From Azolla caroliniana (taxonomy: Eukaryota > Plantae > Polypodiophyta), in contig JBHGNT010000021.1 in NCBI GenBank assembly GCA_043228905.1, positions 5,332,001-5,396,000 of the forward strand: DNA of 64,000 nt, in the 5' to 3' direction. The notes beneath the pieces were generated by a model. The model searched no databases. It was not told where the DNA came from and saw nothing but the letters and a program-made list of their open reading frames with translations. The translations under genes and the position numbers were made by a program. Below, in pieces: positions 34,363 through 47,075 of this stretch; position 1 is the first letter of the stretch, and the number at the start of each line of letters is the position of its first letter.

Positions 34363-37300
34363 TTTATTCTTCTCTATTCGTGTGACCATAAAGTACCTAT
34401 TAAATCACTCCTACCTAGTATTCATCAACAATACTTGATATTTACATATGTTTGTACATAAAGAATAGTTCCTGTGAATCCGTGCACACCCCTGTTCACA
34501 CCATCCAGCTCCTTTTCTTCCTATGGTCGGAATCCTTCACAACACCATGCTCCCCTTGTGCTATAAAAGGGGAGGAACAGATCTAAACTGGTATTGATTG
34601 TTTGAAAGGTGGAAGCGTTGTCGGATTGCAGAGTCAGTTGCTCATTTCTTGCTGTTGAGAATCAAGCTCAACTTGGTCTAGTGTGTGAACTCACCTTGAG
34701 AGTGAATAGATACTCCAACAATCAAGAGTCACCATTATGTCACCACTTTGTATTCTAGCATTTAGTATGAGTCATAGAATCAAATTCTATGACACATAAC
34801 TTATGAGCTTTCACATTCCCCATGCTCCATGAGTCTTATAGTTAATGAAGAGAGAGGGTGACTGTATAAAGCACCCTCCTCCCACCTTGTAAAATGTTGA
34901 GTCTTTCTCCTTTGTTAATATACTTTACCTTGCGTATTCCCTATGTCTTACTCCATGTCTCTCTCACTCACTCTCTCTCTCTCTCATACACACACACAGT
35001 TCATATCTATTCCGCTGCACAGAATCCATCTCTTGGTTCTTTACTTGGTATCAGAGCGAGGTTGGTAGCTTGATCTAGCCCATCCGCGTGCGCTGTGTCC
35101 TACGCTGACGACCAAGAACCGGCTCATCACCATCGTAGCTTCACTACATAGCTCACATTCGAAGAGAGAAGAAGAAGAAGAAGACGAATCGACATAATGA
35201 ATACTCAAATGGGGAGTGCTCTCCCTACCGAGAAGTTGGATCGAAACAACTTCGCATCTTGGGAGTACAAGATGCACCAATACCTTGTCGGACAAGGTTA
35301 TTGGAGCTACATCAAAGGAGTGCACGAAGACCGACCCGTCGAAATGGCTCTCGGATACGCGACATGGGAGCAAGCCGCAAGTCGCGTGATGTATTGCTTG
35401 GCGACATGTCTTCACGATCACATGCTCGGCTACATACGCGAAGCCAAGATGCCGAAGGAGGCATGGGAAAATCTACGAAAGATTTTCGTGGCGAACACAA
35501 CCGCAAGAAGGCTTCAACTCCGCCAAGAGTTGAACAACATTCAACAAAGGGACATGTCCATCACGACATACACCTTGAAGATCAAGGAGATTTGTGACTC
35601 GCTCGGCTCGATAAACGTAAATATCGATGATGATGAGATGGTGCAAATATGCCTCAGCGTCCTCGCACCACGGTTCGGCACGATGCGAACTGCCGTTCTA
35701 GCAAGGGAGAAATCTTCCTCCTTCGAGCTCCAATCAATGCTATTGGTCGAAGAAAACCAAGTGCGTACAAGGAGCAATGAGTCGAAAGGCCACATGCTCT
35801 ACACGCACTCGAACGGAGGAAGAGGACGCGGACGAGCAAGAGGCCGATTCGACCAAGGACAAGGCGGACGAGGTCCGACCTACGACAACAACTCCCAATT
35901 TCGTCCGCAAAACGAAAGCCAACGAGGAACGTTCGCAAGAAGGGGGAGCTTCCACTCCGGCCCGAGCCATCAAAACGCAACCGAATGCGGATATTGCGGA
36001 AAGCTCAGCCACCACGAAGAAGACTGTCGAAAGAAGATGCGTGAATCGGCTTCCACAAGCCGATAACTCACGAATTACGCGCACAATTCCGACTATGAAG
36101 AGTATAGCAAAATGTACGGGCACAACTCCGACTATGAAGATCGTGGCGGAATGTTCATGATGAAACATAGAGCAAACTCTATGTCGGCCTCTACCTCAAC
36201 TAGTGCCCTCAATCTGGAGGACGTATGGTCTGTTGACTCCGGAGCCTCAAACCATATGACATCTCATTAAGAATGGTTTCTCGAACTTCGAGATCCGGAG
36301 CGACCCGGTTATGTCGAAACCGGAGATGACACTACGCACCCGATTCGGCACATCGGCAATGTTCCGTTCGGCGAAAGAGGTAAGCAAACATACATTAAAA
36401 ATGTCTTGCATGTTCCCACCATCACAAAGAACTTGGTCTCGGTCAACCAAATGGTTGAGCAAGGGATGCAAGTACGATTCGACCAAGAAGGGTGCTTCAT
36501 CGAAAAAGAGGGTTGAATCATCGCGCGTGGAAGAAGAGAGAGCCGGATGTTCATTCTCGATTCACACGAGATGAAATCCGCCATATTCGCAAAAAGCACG
36601 AAAGCCGACTTCGACATAGAGCTATGGCACAAGCGAATCAGCCTCATCAATCTCAACAAACTCAAAGCAATGAAATCGAAAGGAGTCGTCATCGGACTCT
36701 CGACATTCAAAAAGAAGGAGATTGAAGGTGTATGCAAAGCGTGCCAATTCGGCAAACAACACCGACACCCATTCCCGAAAGAGCGGAACGTGAGGAAAGG
36801 TCTACTCGACGTAGTCCATTCCGACGTATGGGGACCAGTAGAGATGGCTACATTCAGCGGATGCCGATATTATGTGCTCTTCATCAACGACTTCTCCAGG
36901 CACACATGGCTCTATCTAATGCGGCAAAAGAGCGAAGTGTTCGGACACTTCCAAAGGAAGTCGAAAAAGCCATTGGTCGTCATGTACGATGCCTTCGATC
37001 GGATGGCGGCAAGGAGTACTTCTCGAACGACTTCATGGCGTATCTCCGAAAGGAAGGAATTCGGCGAGAATTCACTTGCCGACACACTCCACAACAAAAC
37101 GGAGTAGCCGAGCGCAAAAATCAGCACATCCTCGAAGTAACGCAAGCCATGATGAACGAGAAGCATATGCCCAAGTCATATTGGGCCGAAGCTACAGGTC
37201 ATCTACCTAATGAACCGGTGCACAACATCTGGAGTGCACGAGGTCACTCCGCACGAAAAATACTTCGGAAAGAAGCCGGACTTATCGCACACCCAGATAT

Positions 37301-37820
37301 TCGGCGCAATAGCGTACGTGCACATCCCCAATGAGAAGCGTCAAAAGCTTGACCCGAAGTCGGAAAAATGTATGCTCATAGGATACTCACTAGAGCAAAA
37401 GAGGTACAAGTGCTACAACCCCTCAATTCAAAAATCTCGAGTAAGTCGAGACGTCGTTTTTGACAAGTTCGTATCTTGGTACACACCAGAAACAACTTCG
37501 ACTCCGACTCCGCTCCACCGGAATCCGCCGACCCTCAATTCAAAAATCTCGATTAAGTTGAGACGTCGTTTTTGACAAGTTCGCATCCTGGTACACACCA
37601 GAAACAACTTCGACTCCAACTCCGCTCGACCGGAATCCGCCGAACAAGAGATAGAGGATGACGATCGCCTTATGCGCATGTTCGAAGAAAGTTCGATCAC
37701 GACCCGACTGAGCGGACCGCAAGAGCCTTTGAGCGATCAAAGCACATCACGGCCTAGCCCGAAGATGGACAAAGGCAAGGCGAAAGGGTGGCACCTCCAT
37801 CAAATGGACGTCAAGAACGC

Positions 37821-38587
37821 TGTCGTGTCTTTCGGCTCCGGATCGTTGCGTGAGTTGGGTGGGAACCGCTGAGGTTTTGGACTAGGAGAAAGAAGAATAT
37901 GAGATAAGGCTCCTTATGAATTGATTGCAAGAAAGAGAAATATTTGAAAGAAGATATGAACCTCGTCAATCCCACGAGTATAGTGTATTAATTGATACTT
38001 AGAATGTAAGAGAGAAATAGATGGAAAAAAATCGTGAATCCCACGAATATCTTAGATTGATCAAAAATCCTTGTAAAATAATCAACAACCTCTATACATC
38101 TTTCTCTCTTCCTTATATAGCGTTGGAAGAGTCTAAGTTTATCACATGCAAGCATCATGCTTTTTCTATCTTTAGTTTTCATGCACATTGCATATGCATG
38201 ATTAGCTTTCTATCTCATCTTTTCTTTTTAACTCGAGTGTCTATGCATGAATAACTTTTTGTACCATGCATGTCTAGAAATTTTACATGGGATAAAGTTT
38301 AGTATAACTTTAAAATTCATAATACGCTAATATAATGATAAGGCTTAACATTATTAACATGGAGGTGCAAGGTTCGAATCTTGCCCTATGCATGTAATAT
38401 ATATATTCTTATACTTTCTTCTATTTACAAATATGTCTCTTCATCCGGTGAGAGACTCTCACCGGCCTTCTTTATCCAGCTCTCCTTACCGGTTTCAGTC
38501 CTTCCGGTTCTCACCGGGTACTCCATGTCCTATTCGGAGAGACCAAAAATGTAATTTTTCACGTAGTGTGCGAATTACACTACGACA
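37821..38587 (-). mobile_element. Solo LTR of a tRNA-Trp-primed gypsy family
   Basis: TGTCGT...ACGACA; 4-bp TSD ACGC/ACAC restores KNAFL; left end homologous to LTR at 60369 next to Trp PBS. Confidence 0.85.
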
Positions 38588-38766
38588 ACACCTTTCTACA
38601 AGGAGAATTAGAAGAGGAGGTGTACATGATACAACCACCTGGCTGCAACTTGAGCACCCATCCGAAAGCTATATGCCGACTCAAGAAGCCACTCTACGGC
38701 CTCAAGCAAGCACCGCGTGCTTGGCATTCGAAGGTAACGCAATATCTTAATCAAATCAGCTTCCGT

Positions 38767-39414
38767 TGTCGTGGAGAAAACCGTCCCTAGGAGGAAACGA
38801 GAGAAACCATGCACGAACCAGCCCTTCCATGTGTGGGTGTGTGAATTGATAACTTGTACATAATTATGTGTAGGGCGACTGATGTAAATATACTAGGTGC
38901 GACACATTTATTAGGAAATCGATGTGTATCTCTGTCCGAAGGGACAGAGAATAAAGTAATGTGACTGTGACTGAAGGAGAAGGGACTCTCCTCAACGACC
39001 TACATAAGGAAGAAGAGAAGGAAGAACAAAGCATCGTGCGTTAGTGAGGCTGAAGTGTTGCCGGACCGTGTACCGAGCTCTCTCTCTCCTCCTTCGGTTG
39101 TCATTCTATGCGGGTTTTGGAGATCGTCACCTCTGCTTCATGGACAGCCCATGCGCTTCCATCAGAGGCTCTCCCTTCGCATTTCTGTGCTTGGCGTGTG
39201 ACGCATGTGTGTATGTGGGTGGACTCCCGTGTTGGGTCCGTTGCCGGTGTGCCGGTTGTAATCGTTATTGGTGTTATAATCGAATTGTTCTTTTTTCTCT
39301 CTCTCTCTTTCACTATGTTCAGCAAAACGCTCTCTCTCTCCTCTCTCACGCTCCTTCGTTCAGGGCCCCCACGGTCCCGTCTCATTTCACCCGCAAAAGC
39401 GTAGTAACACGACA
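38767..39414 (+). mobile_element. Solo gypsy LTR
   Basis: TGTCGTG...CACGACA; 4-bp TSD CCGT; start resembles LTR at 44263. Confidence 0.9.
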
Positions 39415-40083
39415 CCGTATGTCAAAATCGAACAACTTCCTCTACATACGAAGCGATTCCGCAAGTCCGATCGTCATCATCTTATATGTGGATAACCTAG
39501 TCATTGGAGGTGAGCATCTCGTCAAAATCAATAAGGTCAAATCCCTCCTTTCCGACAAGTTCGAGATGACGGACATGAAGGAGCTCCACTACTTCCTCGG
39601 CATCAAGGTAATTCGGACTCCGGCCAGAATCATGATCTCTCAACGGCACTACATCCTCAACTTGTTATACAAGTTCAGGATGGCTAGGTGCAAATCCACG
39701 ACAACCCCGCTCGATCGCAATCTCAAACTAAATGCGAACTCCGGCACCAAAGCATGTGAGCCGACTCAGTATCGACAACTCATCGGGAGTCTCATCTACC
39801 TCACAATCACTCGACCCAATCTCAGTTATCTGGTCGGTCTCCTTAGTCAATTCATGCAAACACCGTGTGATACTCACTTGGATTGCGCTAAGCGAGTTTT
39901 ACGATACGTGAGCGGCACAATGGATTGCGGCATCCTCTACAAGACCGCGATGTCAATACGACTCGAGGGGTACACAGACGCTGATTGGGCCGGCTACAAA
40001 GCCGATAGAAGATCAACCTCCGGATTTGTTTTTTCCCTCGGCATCGAAGCAATATCCTGGAGTAGCAAAAAGCAACCAACCGT

Positions 40084-40195
40084 TGTCGCGTTGTTACGCG
40101 CGTGTGTGTAGAAGGGGCGGGACCATGGGGGTCTCGGATGAGAGAGGAAGGGATGCCGATAAGACAATTCCAAATGCGTTTCGGGGCAACCAAAG

Positions 40196-40237
<42 letters not shown>

Positions 40238-41110
40238 ATGCGCGCTACACCGACTCTTATACACAGGAAACAAAGGGGCTGTGCTCCCGACTCCACCAAG
40301 TACACCGATATGCACAAACAAACATGAATATATATATATATATATATATTACAAGAGTTTTACGACAAGACGATGGCTATTACATATCAATAGGCTAATA
40401 CAACAAGTTAAGAGTGGGAACCGGCGAAGGCGAGTCAAGTGGGCCGCCGGGACCGCGACGTCCACCGTTGGACACGCCCCGAAGACGGCGGAGTGTTCCC
40501 GTGCCACTTCGCCCTCCCTTCTCGAACCGGCCACCACACGAAACGCTCTCCATTGAGGAGAGGAAGCCGAATCACCAAGTGTTGCCACTGGAATGCCTAA
40601 AGTCGTCATTGTAGGAACCCCCGAACCAAACCAAACTCTCACACGAAGAAGAGAGAGTAACACCCGAAACCCTAAACCGCATAAACCCTAACTCGCACAA
40701 ACTCTCACAAGAAGAAGAACCTAAACGGAATACTAAACCTCCACTCAAGAAGAAGGAATCAAACCCATAAGACAAAGAAGACAAAGACCAAAATGAAACC
40801 CCAAAACGAAATAGAGTGAAGGAGACCAAAGTGGAACCCTAAGAAAATAAGATTAAGAGAAAACCCCCAAACCCTAAATCTAACGGTATACCCTCCTAAC
40901 TCAAAATGGGCAACCCCTTCACAAGAGGCGCTCCCTTCCTTTTATAGAACAAGGAGAGAGATGCGTTACAATGTGGGCTAAATCCCTAATTACATGGGAT
41001 CCTCTATCCCGATTTAACTCCTATTATTACAAGGGTAAGTACACATGGTGCACACCGCCGATTCTCCCGATATTCTTCAATTCCACCTAGGGACAGTTTT
41101 CTCCACGACA
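40084..41110 (-). mobile_element. Solo gypsy LTR (possibly composite)
   Basis: TGTCGCG...CACGACA; 4-bp TSD CCGT; right end is reverse complement of the 38767 LTR start. Confidence 0.8.
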
Positions 41111-42161
41111 CCGTTGTTCTTTCGAGCACAAAGGCGGAATACAGGGGCGCGGCAGTGGCCGCATGTGAAGGCGTATGACTCAAAAGGATACTCAAGACTC
41201 TGGGTGTACCCATCAAGGATCCGACTTCCCTTTACTGTGACAACATGAGCAGCATCTATCTGGCTCGAAACCCGGTGTTCCACACGTGGACAAAGCACAT
41301 CGAAGTGCACTATCACTTCATCCGAGAGCGTGTTCTAACTAGCGATGTCGACCTACAACACATTAGCACAAATCTTCAAACGGCCGACATCTTCACTAAA
41401 GCCTTAGGTGCCGACAAGCTATGGCAATTCATGACCAATCTCGGATTGACGATCCCTGACCTGCCAAGCATGAGGGGGAGTACTAAAGACAGTACGCAAT
41501 AACGTGTAGATTATAACGCGTGGATTTCGCAACCACGCAACGAAGCCGCGAAGAGCCGATCTATAGCGCAAAGTCGCGAAGAAAGATGCAAGCCGAAGCA
41601 TAGACTTCGCAACTACGCACAACGCAAGCTGGAGCACGGATTCCGCAACTCCGCATAAATGCGAGTCGACGCGAGTCGATGCGGACTCCGGAACGCGAGT
41701 CGAAGCAGATTTCGAATACCGTCTGAAACCGACCCGACTTGAGCTTGAGGGGGTGTGTTGAGAATCAAGCTCAACTTGGTCTAGTGTGTGAACTCACCTT
41801 GAGAGTGAATAGACACTCCAACAGTCAAGAGTCACCATTATGTCACCACTTTGTATTCTAGCATTTAGTATGAGTCATAGAATCATATTCTATGACACAT
41901 AACTTATGACCTTTCACATTCCCCATGCTCCATGAGTCTTGTAGTTAATGAAGAGAGAGGGTGACTATATAAAGCACCCTCCTCCCACCTTGTAAAATGT
42001 TGAGTATTTCTCCTTTGTTAATATACTTTACCTTGCGTATTCCCTGTATCTTACTCTATGTCTCTCTCTCACTCTCTCTCTCTCTCTCTCTCTCTCATAC
42101 ACACACACAGTTCATATCAATTTCGCTGCACAAAATCCATCTCTTGGTTCTCTACACTTGT

Positions 42162-44262
42162 TATCTATCTATCTATCGTTATCCCATGAGGCCTCTATTC
42201 GCACTGGAATCCTGTGTGCTCCCGATCAGAGGCTCACTAGTATCTGTGTGTGCTTGTGTGTAGAGGTCGACTGTGTGATCCTTCCACTTGTGAACGCGAA
42301 CATGTTTTTATTCTTCTCTATTCGTGTGACCATAAAGTACCTATTAAATCACTCCTACCTAGTATTCATCAACAATACTTGATATTTACATATGTTTGTA
42401 CATAAAGAATAGTTGGTGTGCATCCGTGCACACCCCTGTTCACACCATCCAGCTCCTTTCTTCCTATGGTCGGAATCCTTCACGACACCATGCTCCCCTT
42501 GTGCTATAAAAGGTGAGGAACAGATCTAAACCGATATTGATCATTTGAAAGGTGGAAGCGTTGTCGGATTGCAGAGTCGATTGCTCATTTCTTGCTATCT
42601 ATCTATCTATCGTTATCCCATGAGGCCTCTATTTGCACTGGAATCCTGTGTGCTCCCGATCTGAGGCTCACTAGTATCTTTGTGTGCTTGTGTGTAGAGG
42701 TCAAAGCTTTGTCGTCGGTCGAGTCCAATTGTACTTCCTCTGTTATAAGTTAATCGACAATCTCATTGTTTTCCGGATCTCCCACATTTTTCTGTCCCTG
42801 TATGTGTTTTTGTCTCTGTTCCCTTTCAATTGTGTGCATACCAGAATGTCTAAGCTCGTGTGCTCATTGTCTAGCATCCGGTAATTGGTCCGGATTTGTT
42901 ACGTGTCCGCGCTGCATTTCGGCGAATATATCCGGAAACGATCCGGATAGTCAATCTCTCTCACTTCTCTTACCGGCTCCTTCGTCCGAGACCCCCTGTG
43001 GTCTTGCCCATTTTGATACATACGGATTTTCATAACATCTTTGGTGAACCCGACGGGAAAGGGGCAGCAAAGGAGCTAAGAATGAGGGGAAGTGAGCTTG
43101 CAAAAGCAATGGCGGAGGTTGTCGACCACTTGGTGAACGATCATGAGAGCATGGGTGGCCTCGAGAGGGCCATAGAAATGATAGTTAGCACGATAGGCCG
43201 ATTCAATGGAAAAGACGTGACGAGCTACCAGAGGCCTACAGGACTGAAATGCTAATGGGGGACATATCAGAGGACAAACAACTGTCTGGATTCCCCCGGG
43301 TCATCACACTAAGCATCCATGTGAAGGTGCTTGAGATTCAGGCTGACTATCGAAACTGGTCGGAGCTCGAGCAGCAGCTCCTCAAAAGATATGTCTTCGA
43401 TGACTTGCTCCAATTGTCGAAGAGGGAGCTCATGGAGTGGGTCGAGCTCACCGGTAAAGGTCAGAACACATTGACACTTCTCCAAGAATTCGAGAAGTGA
43501 TTCGCACGACTTTTGACACTAGACCAGACCATGCTCGATATGAGCAAGGTCCTACTATTTATCAAGTCAGTTGACCCACTCCATTGGGAGAAGTTAGATC
43601 TACTCTTGGAGATGGATGAAGGGCTCATCACTGACTTGGCAGTGATTAAAAGGGTCTGTAGATGTTTTCATAAATGGGGCGAATGGAACGACATGGGGTC
43701 CTCGTTGGCTGGCCCGACAGCTGGGAAGATGACAGGAGAGGTGCCGACTAGGTCGGACGGAAGAAGGAGAAGACTCGAGTTGGGCCCCACTCTGGCCAAC
43801 ATGGGCGACGGTTCATCGGAGGGAGCGGCTCTGGAGCAACCGACCAAGATGGTGCGCGATCTCTAGATCGTGCAAGCCCAAAGGGAAGGTGGTGGTGAAT
43901 CGTGTGACCGATGCCCAAAAAACGACCTCATATGCATGTGGTGCGACGTGTTCGGCCACATCCAGAGAGACTGCGATGACTTCGCCAAGGCGCTTAAGAA
44001 CAATGTCGTGTACCTGTGGAATGGTCATATACACGTGAGTGAGACATGGAAACCCCTCGAGATGAGCATTGACTGAGGGGGAATAAAAAGATTGATGGAG
44101 GAAGTCATGGCCCGAAACGCCAAGGCTATTCACTACTCAGCATCGGCCGGCATCCGGGTTGGAGGGGAAAAGAGTGATTGTTCCGGAAGTGATGCCGTAT
44201 TTTGGCCAATCGTACTTGATAGCTTATCCTGGAAGAAGCTAAGGAACGATGAGTCATACCGC
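42162..44262 (+). mobile_element. Older tRNA-Trp-primed gypsy (D): LTR end 43037, PBS 43042, degraded gag 43082-44262, resuming at 59335-59411
   Basis: PBS TGGTGAACCCGACG; IGRFNGKDV, CMWCDVFGHIQRDC, HYSASAGIRVG; interrupted by element B-gypsy. Confidence 0.85.
42275..42702. repeat. Tandem duplicate of 34330-34652 + 42162-42272 (empty site of copia B)
   Basis: Near-identical sequence reading through CATTTCTTGC|TATCTATC without the copia. Confidence 0.85.
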
Positions 44263-44948
44263 TGTCGTGAAGAAAACCGTCCACGAGCGGAATCGGTGCA
44301 CCGGAGCGAAGAAACCGACTCTTCATGCACGTGCGCCTTGAGTTGTACATAGGACATCCTAGGTAGATTCGGTAGAGAGAGAGTAAAGGGGGAAACGACT
44401 CCTTCCTTGCCTATAAAAAGGAGGGAGACGAGGAGGGGCGAGGGATCGCGGAGAGTCGAGGACAAAGTGTTGTCGGTTTGCGTGCAAAGGCTTCTCTCTC
44501 TCTCTCTCTCTCTGGTTCGCGAACTCCATAGCTTCCTTCTGCGCAGGTTTCAGGAGGCTCGCGCTGCTCTGAGGAATGCCCGAGTGCTTCCGGCAGCACC
44601 TCCAACCTGTTCCTGTCTTTCTGTGCGTTTACGAGTAGGTATCGGCATCTGTTCGCCGGCTTGTTCGGTTGTAACCGACTTCGTGTTTTGTTGTCTTCGT
44701 GTTCTTGTTGTTTTTCTTGTCAATACATACATACATGCGTGTCTCTCTGTGTCGTTGTCCCACTTGCGTCTTTGCGTCGAAGGGCCGTGTCCCTGTGGAT
44801 CTACGCTCGCACGTAGAGGGATTCTTCCCCTCCTCTCTTGCTCTTTGGTACAGGACCCCCGAGGTTCCGCCTCATTCCACGCATCCGCGAGGAAAACCTC
44901 GACATCTTTGGTGAACCCGACGTGAAAGAGGCGGCAGAAGAGCAGAAG

Positions 44949-47075
44949 ATGAAAGGGTCGGATCTTGCAGAGGCCATGGCTTCGGCCGTGGATCGGATAT
45001 TGAGCGCACGTGAGGGCTCCAGCGCCCTCGACAGAGCCATTGAGGCGGTCGTCGGTACGATCGACCGGTTCAGCGGATAGGACGCCACGAAGTATTTGGC
45101 ATCCTACGGGGCAGAAATGTTGATGCGGGACATTCCGGAAGAGAGGCGTCTTGCCGAGTTTCCTCGAGTGGCGATGCCGAGCATCCACGCGGAGGTGCTC
45201 GAGGTGCGGGCGGAGAGCCGTACCTGGGAGGAGTTCGAAGGACGACTCCTGGAGAAATACGGGTTGGATGACGCGCTCCGGCTTTCGAAACGAGACTTCA
45301 TGGAATGGGTGGAGTCCCCCGACAAGGGAAGAAACGTGTCGGCACTCCTCCGGGAGTTCGAAGAACGCTTTGCGCGCCTTTCGGCGCTCGACCGAACCAT
45401 TCTAGATACGAGTCGGGTCCTACTGTTCGTCAAGTCGGTGGACGAGCGGGACCGGGATCAAGTCGGCTCCTTGCTGGAAACCGAAGACGGGCTGACAACC
45501 GACTGGGCTGCGGTTAAGAGAGTCTGTGGCCGTTTCGACAAACGGCGAGAATGGGCTGACAACGGGGCGGCCGGTGCGGGCTCTGTTACAGCAAGGAGGT
45601 TTGAACCGGCACCGCAAGTACGAAGGGAAGAAACCCTGGAATGGCTCGAAACCAGTCCGGCTTCGACCGGCATGGTCAGTGGCTCGTCCGGAGGAGCAGC
45701 GCTGGAGGAGTTGACGCGGGCAATAAAGGATCTCCAGATCGCCCAGACTCGAAGGGAAGGCGGAGAACTGGCTCGTGACCGACGGCCGGCAGTAGGGAAT
45801 AGGTGCATGTGGTGTGACGAGATCGGCCACATCTGGAAGGACTGCGGCGATTTCGCAGAAGCGTTGAGGAATCGGGTGGTGTACCTGTCGGAAGGCCAGG
45901 TGCACGCCGGCGACACCAGAAGGGCCCTAAACCGAAACGACGGGCGAGGAGGTATGAAGAGACTGATGGAAGAGGCAGCGGCCCGACACGTAGAGGCCAT
46001 CCACTACTCGGCGTCGGCCGGAATTTGGGTCGGGGGCAGCGAGGCCCGAACAGAGGGCAAAGACGGATTCTGGTCGGCAATGCTGGGAGGTCTTGCCGGC
46101 GCACGGCTAAGGAAAGATGAAACAGACCACGCTGAGAGACGGGTCCGGGAAATAACCGGGTGGAGCGATCCGGTCGAGGAGAAGACGGGCTTCATAGAAG
46201 CTGCCTACCGGAACTATGAGGCTCTGGTAGAAGACAAACGAGTGGGGAAAGCCGGAGCGGCCGGGCCCTCACAACGGTACGAGACCCGATTCGGGCAACG
46301 ACGGAACGATGCCGGTGGGTCCAGCTCGCAAGATAACCCCAGGAAGGGCGGATACCGATTGGGGACGGAAATAGAAAGGACTACGGACCTACGAAAGGTC
46401 CTAGAAGAACGGATCCTCGACAGCAAAGTGGAGTTGTCATTGCGGGAGGTGCTAGGGATCGCCAAGAAGGAGTTCCACGACTCCATTGTAGACTTGGTGA
46501 AACGGAAGAGGCTGTCGACGGGGACGGAACCGGAAAGACCGGTGGAGGTGCGGACGACGCACATCGACGACATGGTGATGGCAGATGAGTGGGCGGAGAG
46601 CCACTATTCAAGGCCACACTGGGCCCGAGCGACCACGGAGACCCCGGTAAAGATCGGAGATGTTCAGGAACCGGTGGTGGCATTGGTGGACCACGGTTCG
46701 GAAATAAACCTGATGTCCATGGACTTCTATAAGAAGGGGAAGTGGCCGATCAACACCAAGCACGGGTGGAAGATACGGGCGGCGACGCGCGCCACCGAGG
46801 AACTGCACGGGGCCTGCCCGAACGTGCGAGTCAAGATCGGCGACGTCGAGATTGACCAGCACTTCTTCGTACAGGAGACGTCCTCGCACCCGATCATATT
46901 AGGAGAACCATACATCACGGTGGCGCGAATGGAGACCAAAGTGCTGGACAACGGTTTGGCCTACGCGAGGGTCAAAAGCCAGGACGGGCGCCATTCGGTC
47001 CAATTTTTGACAGTGCGACCGAACCACGAGCGAAACCGCGAATCCCTCGGTGGCGAGAACCGGGAGGATTTTTAG
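44949..47075 (+). pseudogene. Gypsy gag-protease (in-frame stop at 45078-45080)
   Basis: CMWCDEIGHIWKDC knuckle; protease ALVDHGSEIN and IILGEPY. Confidence 0.88.

Larger units (their letters stand above)
35197..41502 (+). pseudogene. Copia B gag-pol, fragmented
   Basis: KLDRNNFASW gag, VDSGAS, HSDVWGP, SDGGKEY, HQMDVKN, LYVDN, YTDADWAG, TKHIEVHYHF; many stops, deletion and insertions. Confidence 0.9.
34653..42156 (+). mobile_element. Ty1/copia element B, degraded, carrying three nested solo LTRs
   Basis: LTRs 34653-35045 and 41756-42156; PBS TGGTATCAGAGC 35046-35057; PPT GAGGGGGTG; TSD CTTGC/CTTGT. Confidence 0.93.

Noticed and set aside
39044-40111. 355-aa ORF as a novel gene
   Set aside because: Chance read-through from a solo LTR into copia B RT/RNase H
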